From Myxococcales bacterium (GTDB lineage Bacteria; Myxococcota_A; UBA9042), in the NCBI GenBank assembly GCA_947491025.1, contig CANLIC010000014.1, positions 2,936 through 66,935 of the forward strand: a DNA stretch of 64,000 bases. Direction: 5' to 3'. The position numbers and the translations under genes are program-made. This document shows, piece by piece, positions 45,158 to 55,601 of the stretch. How positions within the stretch are numbered: position 1 is the stretch's first letter; each line of letters begins with the position of its first letter. The notes beneath the pieces were generated by a model, which was not told where the DNA came from, did not search any database, and worked only from the letters and a program-made list of their open reading frames with translations.

Positions 45158-45754
45158 ATGGGAAGCGTCAACAAGGTGATCTTGCTAGGGAATGTAGGCA
45201 ATCAGCCGGAGCTTCGCTACACGCAAAGCAACCAGGCAGTCACCGAGCTGCGGATCGCCACCAACGATTCATGGACGGACAAGGACGGCAACCGGCAGGA
45301 GCGCACCGAGTGGCACTCGGTCGTCGTCTGGGGGCGCCAGGCCGAAAATTGCGAGCGCTTCCTCAGCAAGGGCCGTCCCGTCTTCATCGAGGGCCGGCTG
45401 CAGACCCGCGAGTACACCGACAAGGAAGGCCAGAAGCGCTACAAGACCGAGATCGTCGCGAGTGGCGTCACCTTCCTCGGCGGCCGCGGCGAAGGCAGTG
45501 GCCCAGGCGACGCCGGCCCACAAGACGGCGAGGGGGGCGGCGGTGTCCGTAGCGGCGGTGGCGGTGGCGGCGGCGGGCGTGACGGCAGCGGCGGCGGGCG
45601 TGACGGCGGCGGCGGTGGCGCGGCACGCGGCGGTGGCCGCGCTGGCGGCGGCGGTGGCGGCCGCGACAGCGGCGGTGGCGGCGGTGGCGGCGGCGGTTGG
45701 GGTAGCGCGCCGCCGATGGATGGCGGCAACGTCGACGATGACATCCCGTGGTGA
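45158..45754 (+). CDS. ssb: Single-stranded DNA-binding protein with a Gly-rich linker and a DDDIPW tip
   Basis: The OB fold starts at [22 protein letters not shown] and includes [15 protein letters not shown]. The C-terminus is NVDDDIPW. Confidence 0.93.
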   Translation: MGSVNKVILLGNVGNQPELRYTQSNQAVTELRIATNDSWTDKDGNRQERTEWHSVVVWGRQAENCERFLSKGRPVFIEGRLQTREYTDKEGQKRYKTEIVASGVTFLGGRGEGSGPGDAGPQDGEGGGGVRSGGGGGGGGRDGSGGGRDGGGGGAARGGGRAGGGGGGRDSGGGGGGGGGWGSAPPMDGGNVDDDIPW

Positions 45755-45808
45755 GGCTGAGGCCGAGGTGATAGGACGCACCCGGGCAGCGCCCCGGCGG
45801 AGGTTCCC

Positions 45809-46129
45809 ATGGCGAAGCTGGGCGATTTCTTGGTTCAGTACACCTACCGCGTGGAGCGCAGCGACCGCGACGAGGTCGTGCAGCTGTTGACCAAGATCGC
45901 CGACCACGCTGAGGAGTTGGGGCTCGCCAGCTTTGAAGCTTGGTCTGACGACGGCGACGAGGGCACCTTCACGGAGCTGCACGGCTACGACTCCTGGTCG
46001 CACTGGAAGCGCCTTGCGGATCGCGGACCCGACCCATCGATGCGTAGCGTGTACGAGCGCCTCGACGCGCTGATCATCGGCGGAATGGCCGCGATCGAGG
46101 CCCGGCAATGGCGGCCGCTCAGCGTCTGA
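45809..46129 (+). CDS. Small cytoplasmic protein, possibly an ABM/dimeric alpha-beta-barrel-like fold
   Basis: It is 106 aa with balanced composition (MAKLGDFLVQYTYRVERSDRDEVVQLLTKIADHAEELG...). The fold assignment is a guess. Confidence 0.55.
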   Translation: MAKLGDFLVQYTYRVERSDRDEVVQLLTKIADHAEELGLASFEAWSDDGDEGTFTELHGYDSWSHWKRLADRGPDPSMRSVYERLDALIIGGMAAIEARQWRPLSV

Positions 46130-49100
46130 GACAGGAGCGGACATCGGCAACTCCACGCGTCGCCCTTTCCCGGCCCGTCAGAGACCGGTACCCTGCAGAG
46201 GTGCGGCGCTCGCTCCACCATCACCACCTCGAAGGCCGCGCCTTGGCCGTCGCTGCGCTCTGCGGCGTCGCGCTGTGGGCATGTAGCGGCGACGCAATCG
46301 TGGACGGCGTCGGCGCCGCCCCGGAGCCGTCACTCGACACCGGCGCGGACCTCGGCATCGGCGGCCCAAGCGATGGCAGCTTGGACGACGGCGACGCCAC
46401 GTCGGACGCTCTCGACGACGCGGCCGCAGACGCCAGCGAAGACGAGGTGCAGCCGGACACGGTCGAGTTTGAGCCCGATCTCGGGCCGCCAGACACCCTC
46501 CCTTCCGACGCCAGTGGCGACGACGCGAACGACGCCGACACGGACGCCGTCGCGCCGCCCGACGCGCTGACGCCGACCTGTCCGAGCTGCGCCGGCGGGT
46601 ACGTCTGCCGGCTGGAGGGCGGCCCGCCGCGCTGTGTGGCCGATCCGGCCCTCACTTGCGCGCCCTGCAGCCTGGACGCCGCGTGCGCTGACGGCCAATG
46701 CGCCGCACTCGCCGGCGAGGCAAGCGCGTGCCTGCTACCGTGCCCGGACGCCGGCGGCCTTGGCTGCCCACCTGGCATGATCTGCAAGCCTTTCGATGGT
46801 CCAGGGCCCCTCGCCGGCAAGGCGCTGTGCCAGCCGATCAGCGGCGTCTGTAGCTGCCAGGCGAAAGACGCCGGCAAGATCCGCCCGTGCTCGGTCGGTG
46901 GCGCAGCAAGCGGCCCATGCCTCGGCAGCCAGACCTGCCAGCCGCAGGCCGGTGGTTGGAGCGCTTGCGACGCCAAGGGCCCAGGTGTCGAGGCGTGCAA
47001 CGGTCAGGACGACGACTGCAACGCAGCCACCGATGAGGGCCTGGGCGGCGAGCCCTGCGGCGGCAAGAACGGCGTCTGCAACGGCGCGACCGCGTGCGTC
47101 GGCGGCCAGTTCGTCTGCGCCGGACCGCCGCCAACGGCAGAGCAATGCAACGGCAAGGACGATGACTGCGATGGCGAAATCGACGAGGCGCTGCAGAGCC
47201 CGCCCTGCGGCGGCGGCGAGCTCTGTGCCGCGATCGCGACCTGTCAGGGCGAGAAGGGCTGGTACTGCCCGGCCTTGCCGAAGCTGCCCGAGCAATGCAA
47301 CGGCCAGGACGACGACTGCGATGGCGCAACCGACGAGTCGCTGCAGAGCCCGCCATGCGGTGGCGGCGATCTCTGCCCCGCGATCGCGACGTGCAAGGGC
47401 GTCGCCGGCTGGCTCTGTCCGGCCGCGGCCAAGCAGCCCGAGGCCTGCAACAAGCTCGACGACGATTGCGACGGCCTGACCGACGAGCCCTTTCTCGGCG
47501 CCGCCGGCAAGCCACAAACGCTCAGCCACTGCGGCAGCTGCGGCGTCGCGTGCCCCGGCGCGCTCAACCTCGGCACGGAGGTCACCTGCACGACCGCGCC
47601 GGCCGCGTCTGGCCCCGTTCCGCTGGCGGGCGGCGCGACACCTACATGCGGTTTCCTTTGCAAGGATGGATGGTTTGATGCCAATCAGCTGGCCAATGAT
47701 GGCTGCGAGTGCAAGCTGCAACCGGGCGGCGACGCACCGGACGGCGTCGATCAGGACTGCGACGGTGTCGACGGCGTGGCCGCACTGGCGGTGTTCGTCG
47801 CCAAGACCGGTAGCGACCTCAACCCCGGCACGCAGACTTTGCCGATGCGTAGCCTTGTCGCCGCCCTGGAGCGGGCGCTTTCCACCGGCAAGCCGCACGT
47901 CTATGTCGCGACCGGCGTCTATAGCGAGGCGCTCACCCTGCTGCCGGGGATCTCGCTCTTTGGCGGCTACGCGGCGGGCTTCCACGTCCGAGATCCCATC
48001 GCTTACCAGACGATGATCGCGGGCCCGTCGGTCGCTTCGGGCGTCCAAGCCACCGTCCGCTGCGATGGCATCAACGGCGGCGGCGCGCCGACCGCGCTGG
48101 ACGGATTGACCATCGTCGGAGCGCCCGCGCTGAGCCCTGGCTCGCCGAGTTTCGGCGTCTACAGCCTGGGCTGCGACGCTCGCTTCCGCGTCGTCGGCTG
48201 CCAGGTGCTTGCGGGGCATGGCGCGGCCGGCGCGTCTGGCGGAGCCGGTGCTGGCGGCGGACTCGGCAATGATGGCAAGGGGGGCGAGGCAGCGCGCGAC
48301 ATTGGCAAGTTGCTATGCGACAGCGCTGACTTCAATCCGGGCGGACAAGGCGGGACCAGCGGCTGCGCCGACAAGCCGACGGGCGGCGGACGAGGCGGCG
48401 ACGCCATCTGCCCCGTCATGGACGAGGAAGCACCCGCGCCCGCCTGCCCCGCGCAGCCCTACATCCAGACCGCCAAGGTGGCCGAGACGGGCCAGCCCGG
48501 CGCCGGCAACCCGACAGGCACGGGCGCAGGAGGGGCGGGCGCTGCACCCGCCGGCAGCGGAGGCAAGCCCGGTTGGGATAGCTACATCGACTCCTGGAAG
48601 GGCGTGGTCACCGCCTGCAAGAGCGGCCCTGGCTGCTCGACCTGCCGGGTTCCTGTGCAAAAGCGTGACGGTGAGGATGGACTGCACGGTCTGCCCGGCG
48701 TAGGCGGCGCGGGCGGGCAAGGCTGCGAGCTCAGCACGGGAGGCTTGGGCGGCGGCGCCTGGCAGGCGGCGGTGGGCGCCGACGGCAGCCATGGGGTCTC
48801 CGGCGGTGGCGGCGGCGGCGGCGGCGCGGCGGGCGGCGTCGAGGTGCACGACTGTGTCAGCAGCAGCAGCAAATTCAGTGATCTCGGCGGCTCTGGCGGC
48901 GGCGGCGCGGCCGGCGGCTGCGGGGGCAAGGGCGGCAAGGGCGGTCAAGGCGGTGGCGCATCGGTGGCGGTCGGCGTCGTCGTCGGTCCGGCGGGCGGGC
49001 CGCTGCTGCTCGGCAACGTCTTGCTCGGCGGTCCGGGCGGCGCTGGCGGCCAGGGCGGCGCAGGGGGCGGCGGCGGCCTCGGTGGCAAGGGCGGCAAGGG

Positions 49101-49413
49101 CGGCGACGCCGTCGAGCACAAGTCAGAGACGTTCTGCACCTCAACCGGCGGCGACGGCGGCGACGGCGGCCAGGGGGGTGGCGGTGGCGGCGGCGGCGGC
49201 GGATGCGGCGGACCGAGCGTCGGGCTGCTCGTCCTCGGCGCGGCGACGGCCAAAGAGCCCTTGAACCTCGAGGCGTGGAAGGTCGCCAACCAGCTCGCGC
49301 CAGGACCGGCGGGCAAGGGTGGCTTGGCAGGCGTCGGCGCTGCCGGCGCCGGGGCGGCCCCTCCGGCCAGCGCGGGCAACGACGGCGTGGCCGCGGCGAT
49401 CTTGGTCCTCTGA
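46108..49413 (+). CDS. Giant secreted lipoprotein: acidic linker, Cys-rich region, CNGxDDDCDG (MopE-like) repeats, a beta-helix-like segment and a poly-Gly (GGxGG) C-terminal region
   Basis: The lipobox is ALWAC. The real start is probably GTG 46201 (VRRSLHHHHLEGRALAVAALCGVALWAC). The repeats are CNG(Q/K)DDDC(D/N)GxxDE; the beta-helix-like segment is VFVAKTGSDLNPGTQTLPMRSL; the Gly-rich runs include GGKGGKGGQGGG and GGPGGAGGQGGAGGGGGLGGKGGKGG. Confidence 0.85.
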   Translation: MAAAQRLRQERTSATPRVALSRPVRDRYPAEVRRSLHHHHLEGRALAVAALCGVALWACSGDAIVDGVGAAPEPSLDTGADLGIGGPSDGSLDDGDATSDALDDAAADASEDEVQPDTVEFEPDLGPPDTLPSDASGDDANDADTDAVAPPDALTPTCPSCAGGYVCRLEGGPPRCVADPALTCAPCSLDAACADGQCAALAGEASACLLPCPDAGGLGCPPGMICKPFDGPGPLAGKALCQPISGVCSCQAKDAGKIRPCSVGGAASGPCLGSQTCQPQAGGWSACDAKGPGVEACNGQDDDCNAATDEGLGGEPCGGKNGVCNGATACVGGQFVCAGPPPTAEQCNGKDDDCDGEIDEALQSPPCGGGELCAAIATCQGEKGWYCPALPKLPEQCNGQDDDCDGATDESLQSPPCGGGDLCPAIATCKGVAGWLCPAAAKQPEACNKLDDDCDGLTDEPFLGAAGKPQTLSHCGSCGVACPGALNLGTEVTCTTAPAASGPVPLAGGATPTCGFLCKDGWFDANQLANDGCECKLQPGGDAPDGVDQDCDGVDGVAALAVFVAKTGSDLNPGTQTLPMRSLVAALERALSTGKPHVYVATGVYSEALTLLPGISLFGGYAAGFHVRDPIAYQTMIAGPSVASGVQATVRCDGINGGGAPTALDGLTIVGAPALSPGSPSFGVYSLGCDARFRVVGCQVLAGHGAAGASGGAGAGGGLGNDGKGGEAARDIGKLLCDSADFNPGGQGGTSGCADKPTGGGRGGDAICPVMDEEAPAPACPAQPYIQTAKVAETGQPGAGNPTGTGAGGAGAAPAGSGGKPGWDSYIDSWKGVVTACKSGPGCSTCRVPVQKRDGEDGLHGLPGVGGAGGQGCELSTGGLGGGAWQAAVGADGSHGVSGGGGGGGGAAGGVEVHDCVSSSSKFSDLGGSGGGGAAGGCGGKGGKGGQGGGASVAVGVVVGPAGGPLLLGNVLLGGPGGAGGQGGAGGGGGLGGKGGKGGDAVEHKSETFCTSTGGDGGDGGQGGGGGGGGGGCGGPSVGLLVLGAATAKEPLNLEAWKVANQLAPGPAGKGGLAGVGAAGAGAAPPASAGNDGVAAAILVL
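46996..47493 (+). repeat. About 3.3 tandem 150-bp coding repeats (50 aa, CNGxDDDCDGxxDE...C module)
   Basis: The unit-initial TGC codons lie at 46996, 47146, 47296 and 47446. Units 2 and 3 are nearly identical at the DNA level. Confidence 0.85.
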
Positions 49414-49415
49414 AG

Positions 49416-50518
49416 ATGCCCACGCCGACCGTCGTCCGTCGTGCCCTCGACGTCGTGCGCCGCGGTGTGCGCGCCGATGAATTGTGGCGACCCGGCGAGC
49501 TCGTCTTGCTCGCGTGCAGCGGCGGCATCGACTCGATCGCGGCGTGGGCCCTGCTGGCGGAGCTTCGCCCTTCGCTCGGTCATCGCCTCCAAGTGGCCTG
49601 GGTCGACCACGGCCTGCGCAGCGATCAGACAGAAGTGTCCGCGGCGCTGTCGGCCTGCGCCGAGTGGACGGGCGTGCCCTACATCACCCTGACTGCGGCG
49701 ATCGCACCGGCAGCGCCTGACCAGGAAGCAAACGCCCGTGTCGCGCGTTATGGGAGTCTGCGCCGCTGTGCCGCGCAGCTTGGAGCCGAGGTGATCGCGA
49801 CCGCCCACCACGCCGACGACGTCGCCGAGACCGTGCTCATGCGGGTGACGCGCGGCGCCGGAGTGGGTGCCCAAGGCGCGATCCCCCGCCGCAACCGCGA
49901 GATCGTGCGCCCCTTGCTCGGCCTCTGCCGCCGAGACCTCGAGGCCGTCGCCGCCGCGCTCGGGCTCGCCTACGTCGAGGACCCTGGCAACGCAGACCCC
50001 CGCCACGAGCGAAACCGCTGGCGACGCGAAGTCTTGCCCGTCATGGAGCGGGTACGCCCGGGCGCGGCAGCTGGCTTGCAGCGCTCAGCGCGCCACGCCG
50101 CCAGCGCGGGCCGAGCGCTGAACCATTGGCTCGAGGCGGCCGTCGCGCCCCATCTGCGACCCTTGCCCGAGGGAGAAGGCAGCGCTTCAGCGGGCGGCTA
50201 CCTCCTGCCACGCGCGCTGTGGCCCGACGATCCCGACGCGCTCGGCGCGCTCCTGCTCCTGCTGGCGCAGCGCCTGGAAGTGCCGGCACCGCCGGCCCGG
50301 GGCGTGCATCAAATCAGCGCCTGGCTGCGCGCCAGCGACAGAGGCGCCGAGGTCCGCGTCCACGGCCTACGGCTGTGGCAACGCGGCGATGACCTCGCGG
50401 TGGCGGCCACCAAAGTTGCGCCAACAGCGAGTGACACCTACCTTGGCGATGTGCGTCCCAAGACGCTGGCAGATGGAGCCAAGGTCCGCGGCGATGGCGA
50501 CCGGACCAGGAGCGCAGG

Positions 50519-50522
<4 letters not shown>
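49416..50522 (+). CDS. tilS: tRNA(Ile)-lysidine synthase
   Basis: It has the PP-loop [23 protein letters not shown] and RPLLG. Its stop overlaps the ftsH start. Confidence 0.9.
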
Positions 50523-52456
<1,934 letters not shown>

Positions 52457-52463
52457 TCGCGCC

Positions 52464-53330
52464 GTGGTGGTCGCGCGACCCGCGCCGGCGCTGGTCGGCA
52501 TCCTCAACCTAACAGACGACTCCTTTGCTGGAGACGGCCTCGGCGCGAACGTCGACGCCGCGCTGTCGCGCGCTGAGGCGATGCTGCGCGAGGGCGCGGC
52601 CTGGCTCGACGTCGGCGCGGAGTCGAGCCGACCCGGGGCGACAGCGGTCGACGAGGTGACGGAGCGCAACAGGGTCGCGGCGATCTGTGCCGCGCTGGTC
52701 GCCCGCTTCGATGCCCAGGTCGCGGTCGACACCCGCCGAGCGACGACGGCGGAGGCCGCGCTCGCTGCCGGGGCGCGTATGGTCAACGACACCAGCGGCT
52801 GGCCGACGTCAGCCATGGCGGCCGTGGTCCGGCAGGCAGGCGCCGCCTGGGTGCTGATGCATGCGCCGCATGGCCTGGGCGACATGGCGCCGAGCCAGGC
52901 TTCGCCGACGATGCCTGCGGGCGCCGCGGCCGGTGTGGCGAGAATCGCTGACGACCTGCGGCGGATGCGCGAAGAGGCGCTGGCGGCAGGCGTCGCCGCC
53001 TCGCAGCTCATCGCGGACCCTGGCATCGGCTTTGGCAAGGACGTGGCGCAGAACCTGGCGCTGCTCTTGCCGCAGCCGGCGCTGCTGGGACTCGGCATGC
53101 CGCTCTACCTCGGACCCTCGCGCAAGAGCGTGCTCGGCGCCGTGACCGGTCGCCGCGTCGAGGACCGCCTGCCAGCAACGGCTGTGGCGGTGGCGGCGGC
53201 CGTCAGCGCGGGCGTTGCCTACCTCCGGGTCCACGACGTCGCGGCGGCCGCGGACGCCGTGGCGATGGCGATGGCGCTGATGGAGGTCGCTTCCGAGGGC
53301 GAGTTGCGCGCAGGCGCGGGCGATGGATAG
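52464..53330 (+). CDS. folP: Dihydropteroate synthase
   Basis: Motifs are GILNLTDDSFAGDG, DVGAESSRPGA, VNDTSG and DPGIGFGK. The start codon is GTG. Confidence 0.92.
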   Translation: MVVARPAPALVGILNLTDDSFAGDGLGANVDAALSRAEAMLREGAAWLDVGAESSRPGATAVDEVTERNRVAAICAALVARFDAQVAVDTRRATTAEAALAAGARMVNDTSGWPTSAMAAVVRQAGAAWVLMHAPHGLGDMAPSQASPTMPAGAAAGVARIADDLRRMREEALAAGVAASQLIADPGIGFGKDVAQNLALLLPQPALLGLGMPLYLGPSRKSVLGAVTGRRVEDRLPATAVAVAAAVSAGVAYLRVHDVAAAADAVAMAMALMEVASEGELRAGAGDG

Positions 53331-53387
53331 AGTCCAGGCCACCCATGCGGACCAGACGCAGGTCAGCGCGGCGTCGGGAGGCGACGG

Positions 53388-54680
53388 ATGACGGCGAGGA
53401 CGGCAACAGCGTGGAGCGACTCAGCCGCTGCGGCGACGCAGGGCGCGGGCAAACCGCTCACGATCGTCCAGAAGTATGGCGGCACTTCGGTGGGCAGCGT
53501 CGAGCGCATTCAGGCCGTGGCGCGGCGGGCGGTGGCGACCCATGCCGAGGGGCACCGAGTCGTGGTCGTCGTCTCGGCGATGGCGGGCGAGACCAACCGC
53601 TTGCTGGCGCTGGCGAAGCAGCTGACCGAGGAGCCGCACCATCGCGAGATCGACGTCATCGCCGCGAGCGGTGAGCAGGTGAGCATCGGCCTCGTCGCGC
53701 TCGCCATCTGCGAGCTCGGTACGACGGGGCGCAGCTTCCTCGGTCACCAGGTGCGCATCGTCACCGATGAAGCGCATGGCATGGCGCGCATCCAGAGCAT
53801 CGACGCCGAGCCGGTGACGGCCGCGCTCGATCGCCGTGAGATCGTGGTGGTGGCGGGCTTCCAGGGCATCGACAAGCAGGGCGCCATCACCACGCTCGGA
53901 CGCGGCGGATCGGACCTGTCGGCGGTGGCGATGGCCGCGGCGGTGCAGGCCGATATCTGCGAGATCTATACCGATGTCGACGGCATCTACACCACGGACC
54001 CCAACATCTGCGGCCGAGCACGCAAGATCGAACGCATCACCTTCGAGGAGATGCTCGAGCTGGCCAGCCTCGGGGCGAAGGTCCTGCAGACCCGTTCGGT
54101 GGAATTCGCGATGAAGTACCGCGTGCGCATTCATGTGCGCACGTCGTTTTCCGATGCACCGGGATCGTGGGTGGTGCCGGAGGAGGAGCTGGGGATGGAA
54201 GGCGCAGTCGTCACCGGGGTCGCCTACGACCGCAACACCGCCAAGCTCACGGTCCAGGCCGTGCCAGACCGGCCGGGCACCGTCGCGGCGTTGCTGCGGC
54301 CGCTCGGCGCGCACGGCATCAACGTCGACGTCATCATCCAGAACGCCTCGGTGGACGGCCACACCGACGTGACGTTCACCGTGCCGCGCAACGAGGTCGG
54401 CCGAGCCCAGCGCTTCGCCGCCGAGGCTGCCGCCGCCATCGGCGCTGGCAAGGTGAGCAGCGACGCCAGTGTCTCCAAGGTCTCCGTCGTCGGCGCTGGC
54501 ATGCGCAGCGAGGCAGGGGTCGCCGTCCGCATGTTCGATGCCCTCGGCCGCGCGGGCGTCAACATCCAGCTGATCTCGACCTCGGAGATCAAGATCTCCT
54601 GCGTGGTCGACGAGCGCTTCACCGAGCTGGCCGTGCGCGAGCTGCACACCGCCTTCGGCCTCGACGCGCCGACAGAATAA
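53388..54680 (+). CDS. lysC: Aspartate kinase (with ACT domains)
   Basis: Motifs are [39 protein letters not shown] and a C-terminal ACT pair. The start could be a little downstream of 53388. Confidence 0.93.
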   Translation: MTARTATAWSDSAAAATQGAGKPLTIVQKYGGTSVGSVERIQAVARRAVATHAEGHRVVVVVSAMAGETNRLLALAKQLTEEPHHREIDVIAASGEQVSIGLVALAICELGTTGRSFLGHQVRIVTDEAHGMARIQSIDAEPVTAALDRREIVVVAGFQGIDKQGAITTLGRGGSDLSAVAMAAAVQADICEIYTDVDGIYTTDPNICGRARKIERITFEEMLELASLGAKVLQTRSVEFAMKYRVRIHVRTSFSDAPGSWVVPEEELGMEGAVVTGVAYDRNTAKLTVQAVPDRPGTVAALLRPLGAHGINVDVIIQNASVDGHTDVTFTVPRNEVGRAQRFAAEAAAAIGAGKVSSDASVSKVSVVGAGMRSEAGVAVRMFDALGRAGVNIQLISTSEIKISCVVDERFTELAVRELHTAFGLDAPTE

Positions 54681-55010
54681 CGCCACCAGCGCCGCCTCCT
54701 TGCGCGGCCCGAGCCCGGGGATCGCCTTCAGCGCGCCCGGCTGGCTGCAGTCGCGGTAGCGGCAAGCCGCGGCGATTGTCCCGGCCAGGCGAGCGCTGAT
54801 TCCAGGCACCGGGCGCAGGTCGCGAGGGGTGGCGCCGCGCCCAGGAAGGCACCCGGCGCGAAGCAGGGCGTGGCCTCCGCCGTCGGCGGCTGCCCAGGGC
54901 GGATTGCCGCGGCCAGGGGAAGGCAGGGCAGAGAGCGCTTGCGGCAGCGCGATGCGCAGGATCAGCAACACGCAGAGCGCCAATCCGCCTTGGCAGTAGG
55001 GGTCTCGCAT
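54681..55010 (-). CDS. ComEA-like helix-hairpin-helix DNA-binding protein segment; the ORF has no in-frame stop until 53421
   Basis: ATG 55010 is followed by a TM anchor (GGLALCVLLILRIAL) and tandem HhH motifs (LRPVPGISARLAGTIAA and [18 protein letters not shown]). The coordinates cover only the part that looks genuinely coding, so the 3' end is unresolved. Confidence 0.35.
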
Positions 55011-55182
55011 GGCCTCCTCCACAGCGAGCGCGGACCTGAAGGGCTCGGCGTCGCCTCTGCGTCCAGCAGCTGCAAGCGCCATGCCAGCTTGGCTCCCGAC
55101 GACGATCCGTTTCTTTCCAGTCACATCGAGGAGGCCTCGGCGGCGTTTCGCACAGCGATGGGCCACCGTGAGGCCATGTTGG

Positions 55183-55213
55183 GACCGTCTCGATACCGTC
55201 TCGAGACGGTCTC
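55183..55213. promoter_or_regulatory. Strong hairpin / 16-bp perfect palindrome ACCGTCTCGAGACGGT plus an extra ACCGTCTCGA half-site (candidate operator or RNA element)
   Basis: GACCGTCTCGA (55183-55193) pairs with TCGAGACGGTC (55201-55211). The palindrome is at 55195-55210, and a direct copy of the half-site is at 55184-55193. It sits in a 590-bp non-coding gap. Confidence 0.35.
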
Positions 55214-55601
55214 AGACCAGGCCGAGGGCCAGAGCATGCGGGGTTCGCGCCTGGCATGGCGATGGCAGCCTCACGCGAGGCAAGGCGCGACGGCGCAGGA
55301 GATGCGGACCGACTCCGAGCCGGGAGACTTGGCGCTAAAGTTGTCGCGGACCATCCAGGACCGAGCCGATTTCGACGGATGGGGCACCGTAGCGCACCAG
55401 CTCAGCCGCGCCGAACGGCAACGGCCAGTCGGCGACCCCCTCCCAAGCGCGCGGCAAAGCCAATGTTCAACTCTTACCAGCCGATCCGGAACGGCAATTG
55501 ACGCCAGAAACAAGCGTTCGCCTTGACCCGGTTCGCGGATGCACCATCATGGATCCAGGGGGCGGACAGACCGCCCACCAAGTCTTCGGCGAAACGAGAA
55601 G

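Noticed and set aside
46996-47493. Regularly spaced direct repeats that could superficially look like a CRISPR or other non-coding array (also 1-612, 18926-19117 and 62005-62334).
   Set aside because: All are in frame within long ORFs and encode recognisable protein repeats. Their periods are multiples of 3, there are no unique spacers, and there are no cas genes.
55368-55378. A tmRNA-like 5' motif, GAUUUCGACGG, in the long intergenic gap.
   Set aside because: There is no GGGG acceptor start, no T-arm/CCA-proximal GGUUCGAnUCC element, and no tag-peptide reading frame nearby. It is a chance match.
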